Shown: positions 11,396 to 22,397 of the stretch, piece after piece
How the letters are laid out: each line of letters begins with the position of its first letter
Numbering within the stretch: the stretch's first letter is position 1
Source of the DNA: Lingula anatina
Taxonomy: Eukaryota; Animalia; Brachiopoda
Reading direction: 5' to 3'
Length of the DNA stretch: 64,000 nt
Assembly: GCA_051362555.1 (NCBI GenBank)
Contig: CM120641.1
Location: 46,196,401 to 46,260,400, forward strand
The notes under the pieces: generated by a model
The model's input: the letters and a program-made list of their open reading frames with translations, nothing else
Database searches by the model: none
Told to the model about the DNA's origin: nothing
Program-made: the position numbers and the translations under genes

Positions 11396-13701
11396 TAAAA
11401 ATCCATTTTCGAAAAATAAAAGACAGGGGCACCCTAGGAGCATTCAAAAGTGATTGCTTGATAATGAAAACTTGTTTTAGGGTGTTTCTGACAATCGGAG
11501 GGGGCCGTGGAAGTGGTTCATTTTTCACAGCGGAAAAGCCGTCTGAACCGTACAGACGAAAAGGAGACGTTTGAGGGAGTTTTTTATTTTATTTTTTTAT
11601 TAATTTTTTTTTTACTATATTTCCCATCTTTTCTGTAGACAACACATGCTCATACCCTTAAACACCTTATGATGGAATATTAAACGCTTGTTCAAATATT
11701 GTATGTATATTTACCAAAAATAAAAAAAGGTGACCGTAAAACAAAACTGGGCATTCATGTTAGGAAATCACAAAAATGGCTCTGGTTAGGTAAGAGAAGA
11801 TTATTGAGGAAAAAAGTATTTTTTCGCACCGAAATCCCATTACGTTCTCTTATCATTAACCTATACATGAATTTCTCAGTGTTTTTCTTCGCCGTATAGT
11901 AAATGTGTGTTCCACATGACCGTGTTTACCTTCAGACTTCAAGAGGATTTGGTGCAGCACTGAGCGTGTCTGTATTTGAAGGCTACGGCTAATATAAAGT
12001 GAACTCAATATTTGACTTGGATAAAACCCACATTACCAAGATCTGAGACTTGTATTTGACTAACACTACACTCACACTAATGCAGGGATAGAATCGGGTC
12101 AAGAGTGACGGATTAAAAAAACATATCTGTTGCTGTATTTAGAAAAATATAAAAGTTTTTTCTCTGTGTTTTTGATATTTTTCTAATTAATAGTGCTTCG
12201 GATGCAATATGTTTGAATGGCAACCGAGACCAGGGTTATTTTCAGTCAGTTTGTTTCAGTGCGGAGAAAACAGGTGAATTTCCCGTTGAAAGACGGGAGA
12301 CTCTACGCCGAAAGAAGTGCGGGTGTAGATATTTTCGTGTTTTGAGATGATGAGGTAGAAAATAGGCCCTAGGGTAAATTGTTATTAAATCCAGGTAATA
12401 TGAAACCACAGCTTTTTATTTGGAAAACCCTATATTTGAGATGAGAGATATTTTGAAGTCCAGCAGGGTTTCTCAAGTGAAGGAGGAACGTACGTGCCAA
12501 GAGAGGGCACAGCAGTATGTTGTAGTGTGTTGTTCGTGGTGCTGTACAGTTCAAATACCCCTCGATGCCCCATCCCTACCCCTTTCTTGTCGTTTACTTA
12601 TTTAAAAAAACGCGATTGTTTGACTGTAAGGATCAACATTTTACCCCCAAACTGTGTTGTTGGTACTCCTTGATAATACCGAAATCAACCCATAGTGCAG
12701 CACTTGCAACAAACAACAAACAGCCAGAGGTGGGGGAGGAGAGAACTGACGTTGTCTTGTGCAACCGCAGGGCACGTAAGATATACTTGGAAGTAAGAAG
12801 GTAATAATAGCAAAGTATAAAAAGGTGTTGAACTCGTTGGAAAAACAGGTGATGCAGCAGAACCAAGGGTTTGGAATCAGAAGGAAGGGGGAGGGGGGTA
12901 TTTTCAACAACTGCCAAGAAACCCCGTTCTTCGCAATGCTGACCTCCTTGCACAAAATGTAGGTATTGATAAAGAAAGTATGCGATGTATTCTCTGTTGC
13001 ATCGCAGGATAAGAGGCTTTAAATATAGAAATGTGATTTCAGATTTTCATCACAGGAAAGTGAGAAGTCGGAGTGAGACGAATGTGAGAAGATTGATGAT
13101 TCCCTACATCTAAACATACATGACCTCGCGTTCCCAGGTGCGCGAGTAAAACTTGGTGCCACAATTAACGCACCTGACTTGAACATGCCAGTGAATTTTA
13201 ATAGCACAAATCAGGGCTTATTATGCAAGCGTTAAAGTAGGACCTTGCTCTGATCGCGTAAGAGACCACTTGGAGTTTTTTCAAGGGAGCCTGTTGTGCA
13301 TTTTATTTTCCCCTTTTTCTAAGAAGTAAATAAGTCAGAAAGACCGTGCCTTCAGATGCACTACCGGGCGTACTTATACCCCTACTGCTCATACATACAA
13401 ATATTCTACACCTTGCTTCTTGCTGCTTTTGGAATTTTTACGAAGGCGGCAACTTTCATGTAAAATTTCTACGAGCTTGCGCTTTCCTTTTCCACATACA
13501 AAAAAAGAGCTACGGTTTGTTGCAATAACTATAGCGTCCTATATTATTCTTCAATCTTATTTCTTATACTTCAGATGGATTAGAAATTGAAGACACATAA
13601 ACCATTCGACCGCCACGCAGATCTAGAAATCTCCTTTCTGATATCCTTTTCCTTTCCGACTGTCTATTCTAATATGTACACAATACTGTGTTATATTTTA
13701 G

Positions 13702-13853
13702 CTCCGTGCTAACAGCAAGTCTCAGCAGGCGGGGTTGAAGGAAGGAGATGTGCTGCTCGCTGTGAACGGGGAGAGCGTGCTAGGCAAGTCTTACCAGGAA
13801 GCTATGAATATGGTGGACGCTGCAGGGAACGACCTGTCCATTGAGATACAAAG
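13702..13853 (+). CDS. PDZ / synaptopodin-2-myozenin-like protein, exon 2 (PDZ C-half)
   Basis: Acceptor ttttag|. LRANSKSQQAGLKEGDVLLAVNGESVLGKSYQEAMNMVDAAGNDLSIEIQR has the PDZ GLxxGDxLLxVNG motif. Donor AAG|GTAAAC, phase 2. Confidence 0.92.
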
Positions 13854-13912
13854 GTAAACATAAATCATCAGCGATTGGATAAAAGTAGATAAACACACTT
13901 GCATATCATCAC

Positions 13913-14134
13913 CAGTGTCGGATATGGGGATGGGGGAGGGGGTTCTGACTCCCCTTCCTTTGATTTCTGAAAAAAAACACACCAATGGTCCTTTCTTGAA
14001 ATTAGAATTTTGACTAGCTGAATCAAAGTTCTAAACCTTACTCAATGGCACCGTTCACCTTCTAAATTACCTTCAGCGGGCCCTTGCGTCCGCGAACCCC
14101 CCCCCCTCGACAAATAATCCTGGATCTGCCCCTG
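13913..14134 (-). mobile_element. MITE-like repeat family A, copy 3 (both ends present)
   Basis: CAGTGTCGGAT...GGATCTGCCCCTG imperfect terminal inverted ends. Flanked by ATCAC on both sides (13908-13912, 14135-14139), a possible TSD. Confidence 0.75.
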
Positions 14135-14544
14135 ATCACCTTCATCATCACCACCATTGTTTTATAGTTTGCAAAGGTGTTACACTAGCACGAATAAAGT
14201 GCTTTTTGACTTTTAAGTAGACTAAATTGGGAGTTTCATTTGATCTAGCAACACTAATATTTAGATACATAATAATAATGATAACGTATACAGCTTTTAA
14301 TGTCACATGTTTACAATGTTTGTTGCCTGTGCTACATCTAATACTACAGTTTGTTTACATAAAAAGTAAATAATCGAATATGGCAACAGTTGATGCAACT
14401 TACTTTGTCTTTAATTTGTCTCTGATTGCTGTTTTAAAATACAACTATTTTAAAATAGAACAGTGCCTTATCACCCAGAAATCGTTTGCAGTTTTTAAAA
14501 TAATTATCAATTTAATTGTTTGTAATCATTGTTCGTTCGTATAT

Positions 14545-14575
<31 letters not shown>

Positions 14576-14578
14576 CAG

Positions 14579-15279
14579 GGGAGGAACACCGCCAGCTGCC
14601 CCGCACGTGCCCGTGCGCAGTTTAGCCAAAAGCTTTGTAATCAAACCAGTATCTGAACCACCGACGTTTGGGACCACTTACGCTTCTACAGCCGTCAGCC
14701 GCACATCTTTACTCAGCGATGGACAGACGACTGAGAGAACCACCACTACGGCCGTCACCTACAATGTGGATGGGGAACAAAAGTCGTATGTGTCCACGGA
14801 GAAGCAGAGCTTCCCGGGGGTGCCGGATAGTAAGGGAGAAATTACGACACCCAGAGCACCGACAACGCTGTACCTGACGTCAACGCCTGCTGGGAAAGAG
14901 AACGCCCCGCCCCCTGAACCGATGTTCAAGGTGAGCAGTGTTAAGGTAAAGAGCAAGAAGGCTATTTGGTCTCCGCACCCTGACCAAGACCAACCGGATG
15001 CCCATCCAAGTAAAGAACATCACGAGGTCGATGGTACCAGCACCCCAACGTCATCGGTTCAAAATGGCAGCGTTGTTGACATCAGTCGCCTCCCGATCTG
15101 GTCGGCTCCCCACCTACCGCCGACCCCCCAGGAAGCGCGTCAGTGTCTTCTGGATCCCGAGGAGATGGCGTCCGCTTTGAAAAAACGAGGTCACAAAATT
15201 GAAGCGTTAAAACTAAGGAAGATTTTAACTCCGTCTGAGTTTGAGGATGAGACCCCCTTGTCACCGACATCGCATAAGA
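14579..15279 (+). CDS. PDZ / synaptopodin-2-myozenin-like protein, exon 3 (Pro/Ser/Thr-rich)
   Basis: Acceptor tttacag| after a (TTTA)n tract. In frame with ORF 14529. Donor AGA|GTAAGT, phase 1. Confidence 0.88.
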
Positions 15280-15326
15280 GTAAGTATGCGCCAGCAGGTT
15301 CCAGATATTGCCGGATACTCAACTCT

Positions 15327-15398
15327 TTGTTATTATCAGCAGGTTTATGTTGTCTTAATAGCTTGTTATTATCAGCAGGTTTATGTTGTCTTAATAGC
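15327..15398. repeat. 36-bp perfect tandem duplication in intron 3
   Basis: TTGTTATTATCAGCAGGTTTATGTTGTCTTAATAGC occurs twice in tandem. Confidence 0.9.
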
Positions 15399-15419
15399 AG
15401 AACCATGCTGATAATTTAA

Positions 15420-15647
15420 GGGGTTATCCATTTTATCAACTTTTTCACAAGTCTACAAAGAGTAGACTTTTTCCAGACCACGCCCCTTCAGAAAGTACAA
15501 AGTGAAAAGCTAAATATGATGATCTTCGACAGCAATTTGGATCATCATTTTTTTAAATTTCAGAACTTGCAAAGTGCGTTACCCCTCCTCCCAGCGTACA
15601 GTTTGTAGACTTGCGAAAATTTTGTGATGATAAAAATTGATTACCCC
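15420..15647. mobile_element. MITE with imperfect TIRs (PIF/Harbinger-like)
   Basis: Left end GGGGTTATCCATTTTATCA..CAAGTCTACAAA. Reverse complement of the right end GGGGTAATCAATTTTTATCA..CAAGTCTACAAA. Flanks TAA and TAG. Confidence 0.65.
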
Positions 15648-15766
15648 TAGGCTAACATAGTGGAGTTTTCAGTAATCTCTGACACTCAAAGTGGTATGGT
15701 ATGGACAGGTCCTGATGATCTCCATTTCTAGGCTCTCGTGATTTTTGTTTATTTTCATTTTTATTT

Positions 15767-15797
<31 letters not shown>

Positions 15798-16907
15798 TTT
15801 GACGAAGGATCGAAGTATCAATATAAGAACGGACAACTTAATACGTTATCCTTGAATTATTGATAAAGATAGGGTTAAAAGATTGAAAAAATTGTACTAT
15901 GAAAGAACACAAAAAAAAAATTGAAAAGACTTTTTCCTTTTTCTTTTTTACTAATATAAGGAGAAAAGAAAATATTATTGTCTTTGGTTGTTTGAGATAT
16001 TCAATTGATACAGCTTATTAAAATAAAGCAGGAGCGTGCGAAGTTGCGAAACTGTAAAGCATGCGATGAATTTGTATGTACCTTATCCAATATTAATCAT
16101 ATCATAACTGATAGGGAAAGCTAGTTGGAATGTTTTGACACAACTTCCTTCACTCAAAGTAACAATTTCTTTACCCTTAGAAAAATTAATGCGTGGTATT
16201 TACACACCTTTCATTTTCAGTTGAACTTATCTTTACTTAAAATAGTAAAAAAAGGAAGGATATGCGAATATCATATGAACAGACATCCTCAACATAACAA
16301 CGAATTTTTTTAAAAATTGAAATTTTATTTAATTATGTTATCGTACATTCATATAATGCTCTTGGTAATGTTACTGCAATGGAACCTCAATTTTTATCAA
16401 GCATATGTACATCATCAGCCTTGAGTGGTGTTTGTTACCATGACGAAAGTATCTTAATTAGGCCATCAATTAACAACATTATCTCTTATTGCACGTACAC
16501 TCGACCCTTATTACATAGGTGACCACACCTACATAACTCCACTCATACCGCGCACCTGCCGCGGTCATCCATCTGCCACTCACCGCAGTGGCGTGCTTGC
16601 ACACACACACTGTACATACATACAAACGCACTGCCTATGTGCAACAACGCGGCCTATTCTTAGCGGAGCAAAATCATTGGCGCATCTGCAACTATTCCAG
16701 GTGTAACAAGAGACTTCTGATATATAACTTATATCTGATCTATGCCTGTTCCATGGCCAACCGGGAGCCAATTTCCGACTAGGGGCGATCAGGTTGTTAT
16801 GAATAAATTAAGAACAATTAAAATTACCCCCCGAATTAAATATATCCGGTGATATCTGGCTATTGCAATTACACCTGCCCTCTATCCTTCTGGTTTTTTG
16901 CTTTCAG

Positions 16908-17849
16908 AGAAGTTTGCAGATTCAGCATTTTACGATGCCCCAGGTGAGTTGTACCCTACCGTCAATGAACAGGTCCAGATGGCTCGCAAGATTGCCAAGT
17001 CCCTAGAAGCCGCGGCCAATAAAAGGGCCCGGGGTGGGAGAATGTATGCCAAACGTAAGCGCAAATCCTCCAAGTGGGTTCATGTGGGCTATACCGTTGG
17101 CAGTGTGAGTGGCTATAGCAGTGAGGGGTCGCTAGGGGAAGGTCTTGGACGGCTGCAGGATTTTGATGACATAGAACCCGATTCACCACACCCTGATAGT
17201 CACAACCTAGAAGGCATGTATCAATACCCCGGACATGTTCCCCTGTGGCCGGTAGATACCCTGGGGGAGTATGGTGAGAGGCATGGGGATAAAGCGGTTC
17301 TCACCCCGCAAGAGGTGGAAAGGCTGAGGCTTGGGCAAGACAAATGCAGACACAACGTCGTGTCGCCTCAAATGTGTTTCAATATTGCCAAGGATTTACA
17401 AAAGCAAAAAGGTCGGGGAGCGACCATCTTTGCCAAGCGTCGTGAACGCGCTGATAAGTATATCATAGATGAAACCAATGTTAAAAGCCCCCCACCCCCA
17501 CCTGTTGCCCTTACCAGGAAACTGGAGGAGGTGGTTGCCGTGAAAACTTACAAGAGCCCATGGGAGGCGGCCATGGAGAATCCCTTCAGCCTGGATGATG
17601 CCTTCACCCATATTAACCACCAGCCTGGTTCCCGCCGTGCCGTTAAGTCTTTGGATATGACCGATTTACCGATCCAACTCCAACCCCGACCCCCCGAGTC
17701 CTGGAAACGCACCTCTACCTCCTCCCCCGTCTCCCCCGGGACGACCCTGGGAGGGCCTGCACCGGCGTCCGGGAGTCAGTTCCCCGATCACAATCGGAAG
17801 ATTCGTGGATGGACCCCTCGCTCTGCTGTCAGAGCAGAAACTGGATCGG
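16908..17849 (+). CDS. PDZ / synaptopodin-2-myozenin-like protein, exon 4 (calsarcin/synaptopodin-type motifs)
   Basis: Acceptor ctttcag|. Two basic repeats (RGGRMYAKRKRKSSKW, RGATIFAKRRERADKY), plus YKSPWEAA and FPDHNRKIRGW. Donor CGG|GTAAGT, phase 1. Confidence 0.92.
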
Positions 17850-20800
17850 GTAAGTTGAGACAAATTTTTTTCAATTCTGTATTTTCTTCTTATTCCATAG
17901 TTAGCAAAATAATGTTTGGTTTGAATTAGCTAGTATAACAACTTGTACCTATAAGCTAGCATAACAATCTTCGTCAATTAAGCTAATCGTCTAATGTTAA
18001 CAGAAATTGAAATTCAGAGTACACGCCGCATGGTACCCTAAGTTTGTCTTCACGATACCAAATCAACGCTTGAGGTTTACACCATTTTTACTTCTTTATG
18101 AAGGGAAGGATTACACTGATGTGCATGCGATTATTCACGATTACTGAAACCAAAGGAGAACTCTTTTGGAGACGATTATGGTATCCCTGTGACAGTAATT
18201 ATGACCATATAGTTTTATGCTCAATCACCTTGACTTTTTTGCGTCAAGTGGACAGTCATGAAGCTTCCCTTTAAAACAAAAACGTTGTTATTCTTTTGAC
18301 ACCATTTGCAGCATATAAAAAATAAACCCGTTCATTTATGAATAGTGTATTATGTTCCTCGTCACCGTCAGTTGTGTACGTTACCTCAGTAGTGTTTTGT
18401 ACTAGTGGTTTGTCTGCATCCGCAAATAGGGTTTCAATTTGACCTGTTCCTAAAGCTTGATGGTTTGTTGTATCGCATGCACTATATGAGGTCTATCGTT
18501 ATATATAATGTAATGAAAAAAAAAAGATGCAGGTCCAGGTCACTCAAAATGAATTGTTGGGCAACTGTCATTGATGGGACATCTTTGTTTTCTAAATCGA
18601 TTCCTTTTGCTTCAAAAATGTCTTGTCTGCATTTAATCTTTGGTATATGAAAAATGCTTAAGTAAAGGCGCATCTTGCTTGTCAAAGCAATTTTTGTTTT
18701 CAACAAGAGCAAAAACCTAACAAGCCATTTTATTTGTTTGGCTAAAACTGAAACAGTAAAATTGAGCTGTGCAACCATTTGACTTGAGTGGCCTGAAAAT
18801 AGCGGTGATACAGTAAAGGTGCATTGTTTGAGTTACACCTGCCTGTGTTATATTGTTTTGTGGTGCGTTATATTCATTCAATTACGTTAGCAAACAAGAA
18901 CCTGGTCGTTTACTTCAGGCCTGTTTCACAACTAAGTCACTTGGCGTGGTGATCAGCTACACATCTTGAATCAAACAAAAATTCCTTTAAAGTTTACATA
19001 TGTATGTATTTTTACTTATTAAGAACCTTTTTTGAAACGGGCCCTTGGTAGAGTTGTATAATGCTTAATGCTATTACCCATTACGTGTTTAACCATACCA
19101 ATGCTGTATATACTACTATATGTTACTGCCCCTTGCCTTTTTAGCTACTTACTTGTACAAAGGTGTCCTGGTATCGGCTTTCTAACCGGGGTAAGTGTAG
19201 CCGAGTTCATGTGAGGATGGAAAGAACACTGAACACAATGTGTAATTATCTTTTTACACATTGTGTAATAAGATTATTACACAATGTGTTGCAATCTTTT
19301 TCCTGTTGAATATTTTGTATTGGGAATGAAGTCTTCTGGGTCTAGTATTGTTTCTTCTTCTGTGTGCTTTTTAGAATAGTGAGTCTTAGTTATAACATCT
19401 CGAAAAAAATAGTACCATGATTTAATATTTTTCGGACAAGATTTAATTTTGCTGAGGTAAGTACAATTGCCTTGGCTTCCATATTCAAAATTTGAATAGA
19501 CTGTTTGTTTTACGTGTATTTCTAAATGGTATTCTTGGGAGGGTAATGTACTAATATTAGAATATATATGGTTTAAGTGCATTCCGTCTTCTTATAGGCG
19601 AAACCGATGAATGTTTTGTACGTTCATCAGTTTGCGGTTTGATAATGAAACCAACTGAAGATTTGGAAAAGGCAATTGATACAAATTTTGTGCTTTGCCA
19701 CCAAAAGCAAAACACTTGCAAGAGAAAAAAACTAGAATCCCAGATATAACACCATGCAAGGCTTGCAGCAATGTTGGGTGTCGATTTCTACCACTTGCTA
19801 AAGATTCCTTCCTGCAGTGATAGTATGTAGCGTTTCCCGAGAACAGACAGAACAGTCAAATACAAGTTACCTGAAGTGCCAGAGGCACCAACAGGTTGGA
19901 CAAACAGATCCAGCTCGCCGTCAGTGTGGTATCGAAATAGCAGGGCCAAGAGGGGTTAAATCGGCGTGCAATTTTTATTATATTTCTCGGTCCCTCTCTT
20001 TCTTTTTTTATTGACTATCCTTTGAATGGTTTATTGAGTATAGCGATTTCGGCCGGATTTTATAAACGCTAAATGGATTTCCTCGTTGATGTACTCCTAG
20101 ATTATGTTGGCATTGCGAAAATCAGGAATTTATAAGTGGATTGAGAAGGCACCTTAAGTTGATTTGGACTAAGTGAAAGCGTTTCAGCAATGATTTAACC
20201 GAGTAACACCAAAGGATGGTTATTCATGAATCACAAAACTTGTAAACATATAAAATCGCAGTGCAGATACTGAATGACCGGTCTAAATGGTGCAATATGG
20301 ACAGCTAATATCACACAATATTAATTCCCTTAATCTAAAAAGGTCCCCTGGTGCGATCCAGCAACCGGGTGGTGGAATTATCTCCTGGATGGGCCTCCAA
20401 CGAGGCAGGGGTTCCTGCTTCGTCTTGTTTACCTGCCAGACAGCAGGTGTTCGGAGGCACTTATTCCTCAGCTATTCGCTCATTTACTATCGGGGGGTCA
20501 ATGGTAATAAGGTATGTCTATTTTTTGACAACGAAAATAAGCCAAACCAGAAAGTGTCTTACGAACGAGCACTGTTTTATGTCCATCATAAATCTCGCTT
20601 CTGGAGTGTCTGGGATTGTGTTTAGGCAAAACTCAAAAGAGAGTTTGGGACATCTTAAAATGTGCCAGCCACACTTTCTGAACTGACGTCAAACTTGGTT
20701 GAGCAATAGATCTAAATTATCGAAAGCTTAAGTGAAATACGCCAGTCGACACACGCTCCTTGTAATAACATATGTCATCAAAATAAATATTACCTGTGTT

Positions 20801-21537
20801 CCACTGAGAGAGGGTCGTTCATTCACTAACCAATTTGTTTTGAATGTGCCCAGTCTAGGTTAAATGTTTTGAGTATTTGACTGAAAACAACACATAGAGG
20901 GTAATTGGAATCGATGGGAAATAGACCCATTTGATAAGGCATCTTGGAGGTTTTGTTGGAAGGAGGAGTCCTTTTGACCCCGAATTTTTGATGTACTGCT
21001 GGTTTATGTCGTTAAAATCAAAACTTAGTCAGGAAAGTGTAGGAGGTCATGTGTTATCATTGCTATTTTTTGCTAGGTAATGTTATAGGCATATCTTGAA
21101 CTGCGCATACTCAGAGGCATATGTTGATCAACTTCACTTTCCATATTCGGACCATTGAACAATATCTTTTGGAGCAATTCTAATTCAACGCGTATTTTAA
21201 CATTTTGTTTGTTCTACAAAAACTAAAAAACAAAGCCTTAACATCTTATAAACGAACATAATGAGCAGGAGTCATCTGAAAACGTTATCTTCGTTATAGA
21301 ATAAGTCGATTTTCACTACAACTAACAGTTTATGCAATCAAAAACATGTACCACCGTTTTGATATATGTAATTTGGGTTCACTGGATTTTGGAAATGAAA
21401 ATTTTGATTTCTTGGTGGATCTCCTTACGGAACGAACCCTCAGCGAGCAGGAGCACAAAGCATTTGCAAAAATATGGAGTTGACAATAGGTCCTTTTCAT
21501 TCATGTTACTGACAACATGTTTTTCTTTAACTTTCAG

Positions 21538-22397
21538 ATGTACACTACTACAGTCCGACTCCAGAAGCCACGAGCCCACAAGTACCACCACCGCCTGCCA
21601 CTCCTCAATCTGAGACCAGCTCCACTGCATCCGGGTCTAAAAAAGTGTTTGGGGACTACAACCCCAGGATCAGGGCCTGGAGACGGCCAAGTCCTAAACG
21701 TGAGGACGCCGAGGCCTGGTTGTCTGATGGGGAGTATTCTGATTATTCAGATGACGTGCAACATCCACCCATATATGTCTTGCCTCCAAGGATAGAAAGG
21801 AAAGAAGTCACTGTGGAAAAGAAAGGATTTCGTCCAATCTCCTTCAAAGCCCCTCACCCGAAGGCCGGCGTGTTTCAAGTGCTTCCACAATCACCGCAGA
21901 CCTCTTCAGTCGGAGTATTTTACGGGCCTGAGCCAACATCGAAACCAGCACCACAGTCACAATCTTCGACTTTCAAGCAGACGACCACTACAACGAGTAC
22001 AAGGTCCCTGCACAGGAACGTGCTTCCACAAGCTGAACCGGATGCTCCTGTTCATCAGCCAAAGCCTTTCACGTTAACTACAGTTACCACGGAAACCAAA
22101 GAAGAAAACGAAGGCCCAAGCGAAGAAAGGGGGAACCATTACAATGTTCCCTTGCGCCATATTGAAAAGACTCCATCCCCAAGGGTATCTAGAGAGGCAA
22201 GTCCTCAGGTAGTACATGTTGAAGCAGAAAGGCCAAGGGAACCTTCACCAAACGTCGCAGCCACCACGGAAGAAACAGAAACATCGTTTCAGATCACTTT
22301 TGACGCAAATACCGGAGACGATCAGCAAGAACAGACCCAAGAGGACACAGAGGCGAGCTTTGTCATCACAGCTGAAGCTGACGCCAGCGATTTATGA
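21538..22397 (+). CDS. PDZ / synaptopodin-2-myozenin-like protein, last coding exon
   Basis: Acceptor ctttcag|. The phase-1 join gives DVHYYSPTPEA..., in frame with ORF 21645. Contains FGDYNPRIRAW and PPIY, and ends EADASDL-TGA. Confidence 0.88.

Noticed and set aside
12440-13240. Coding-looking stretch in PDZ gene intron 1
   Set aside because: The frames I read are interrupted by stops, no phase-0/0 exon fits between the two PDZ halves, and I recognise no domain. Probably an old repeat relic.
14529-15419. ORF 14529-15419 as a stand-alone 296-aa gene
   Set aside because: Its N-terminus (FIYLFIYL) is the intronic (TTTA)n tract and its C-terminus is the intronic 36-bp duplication. The real exon is 14579-15279.
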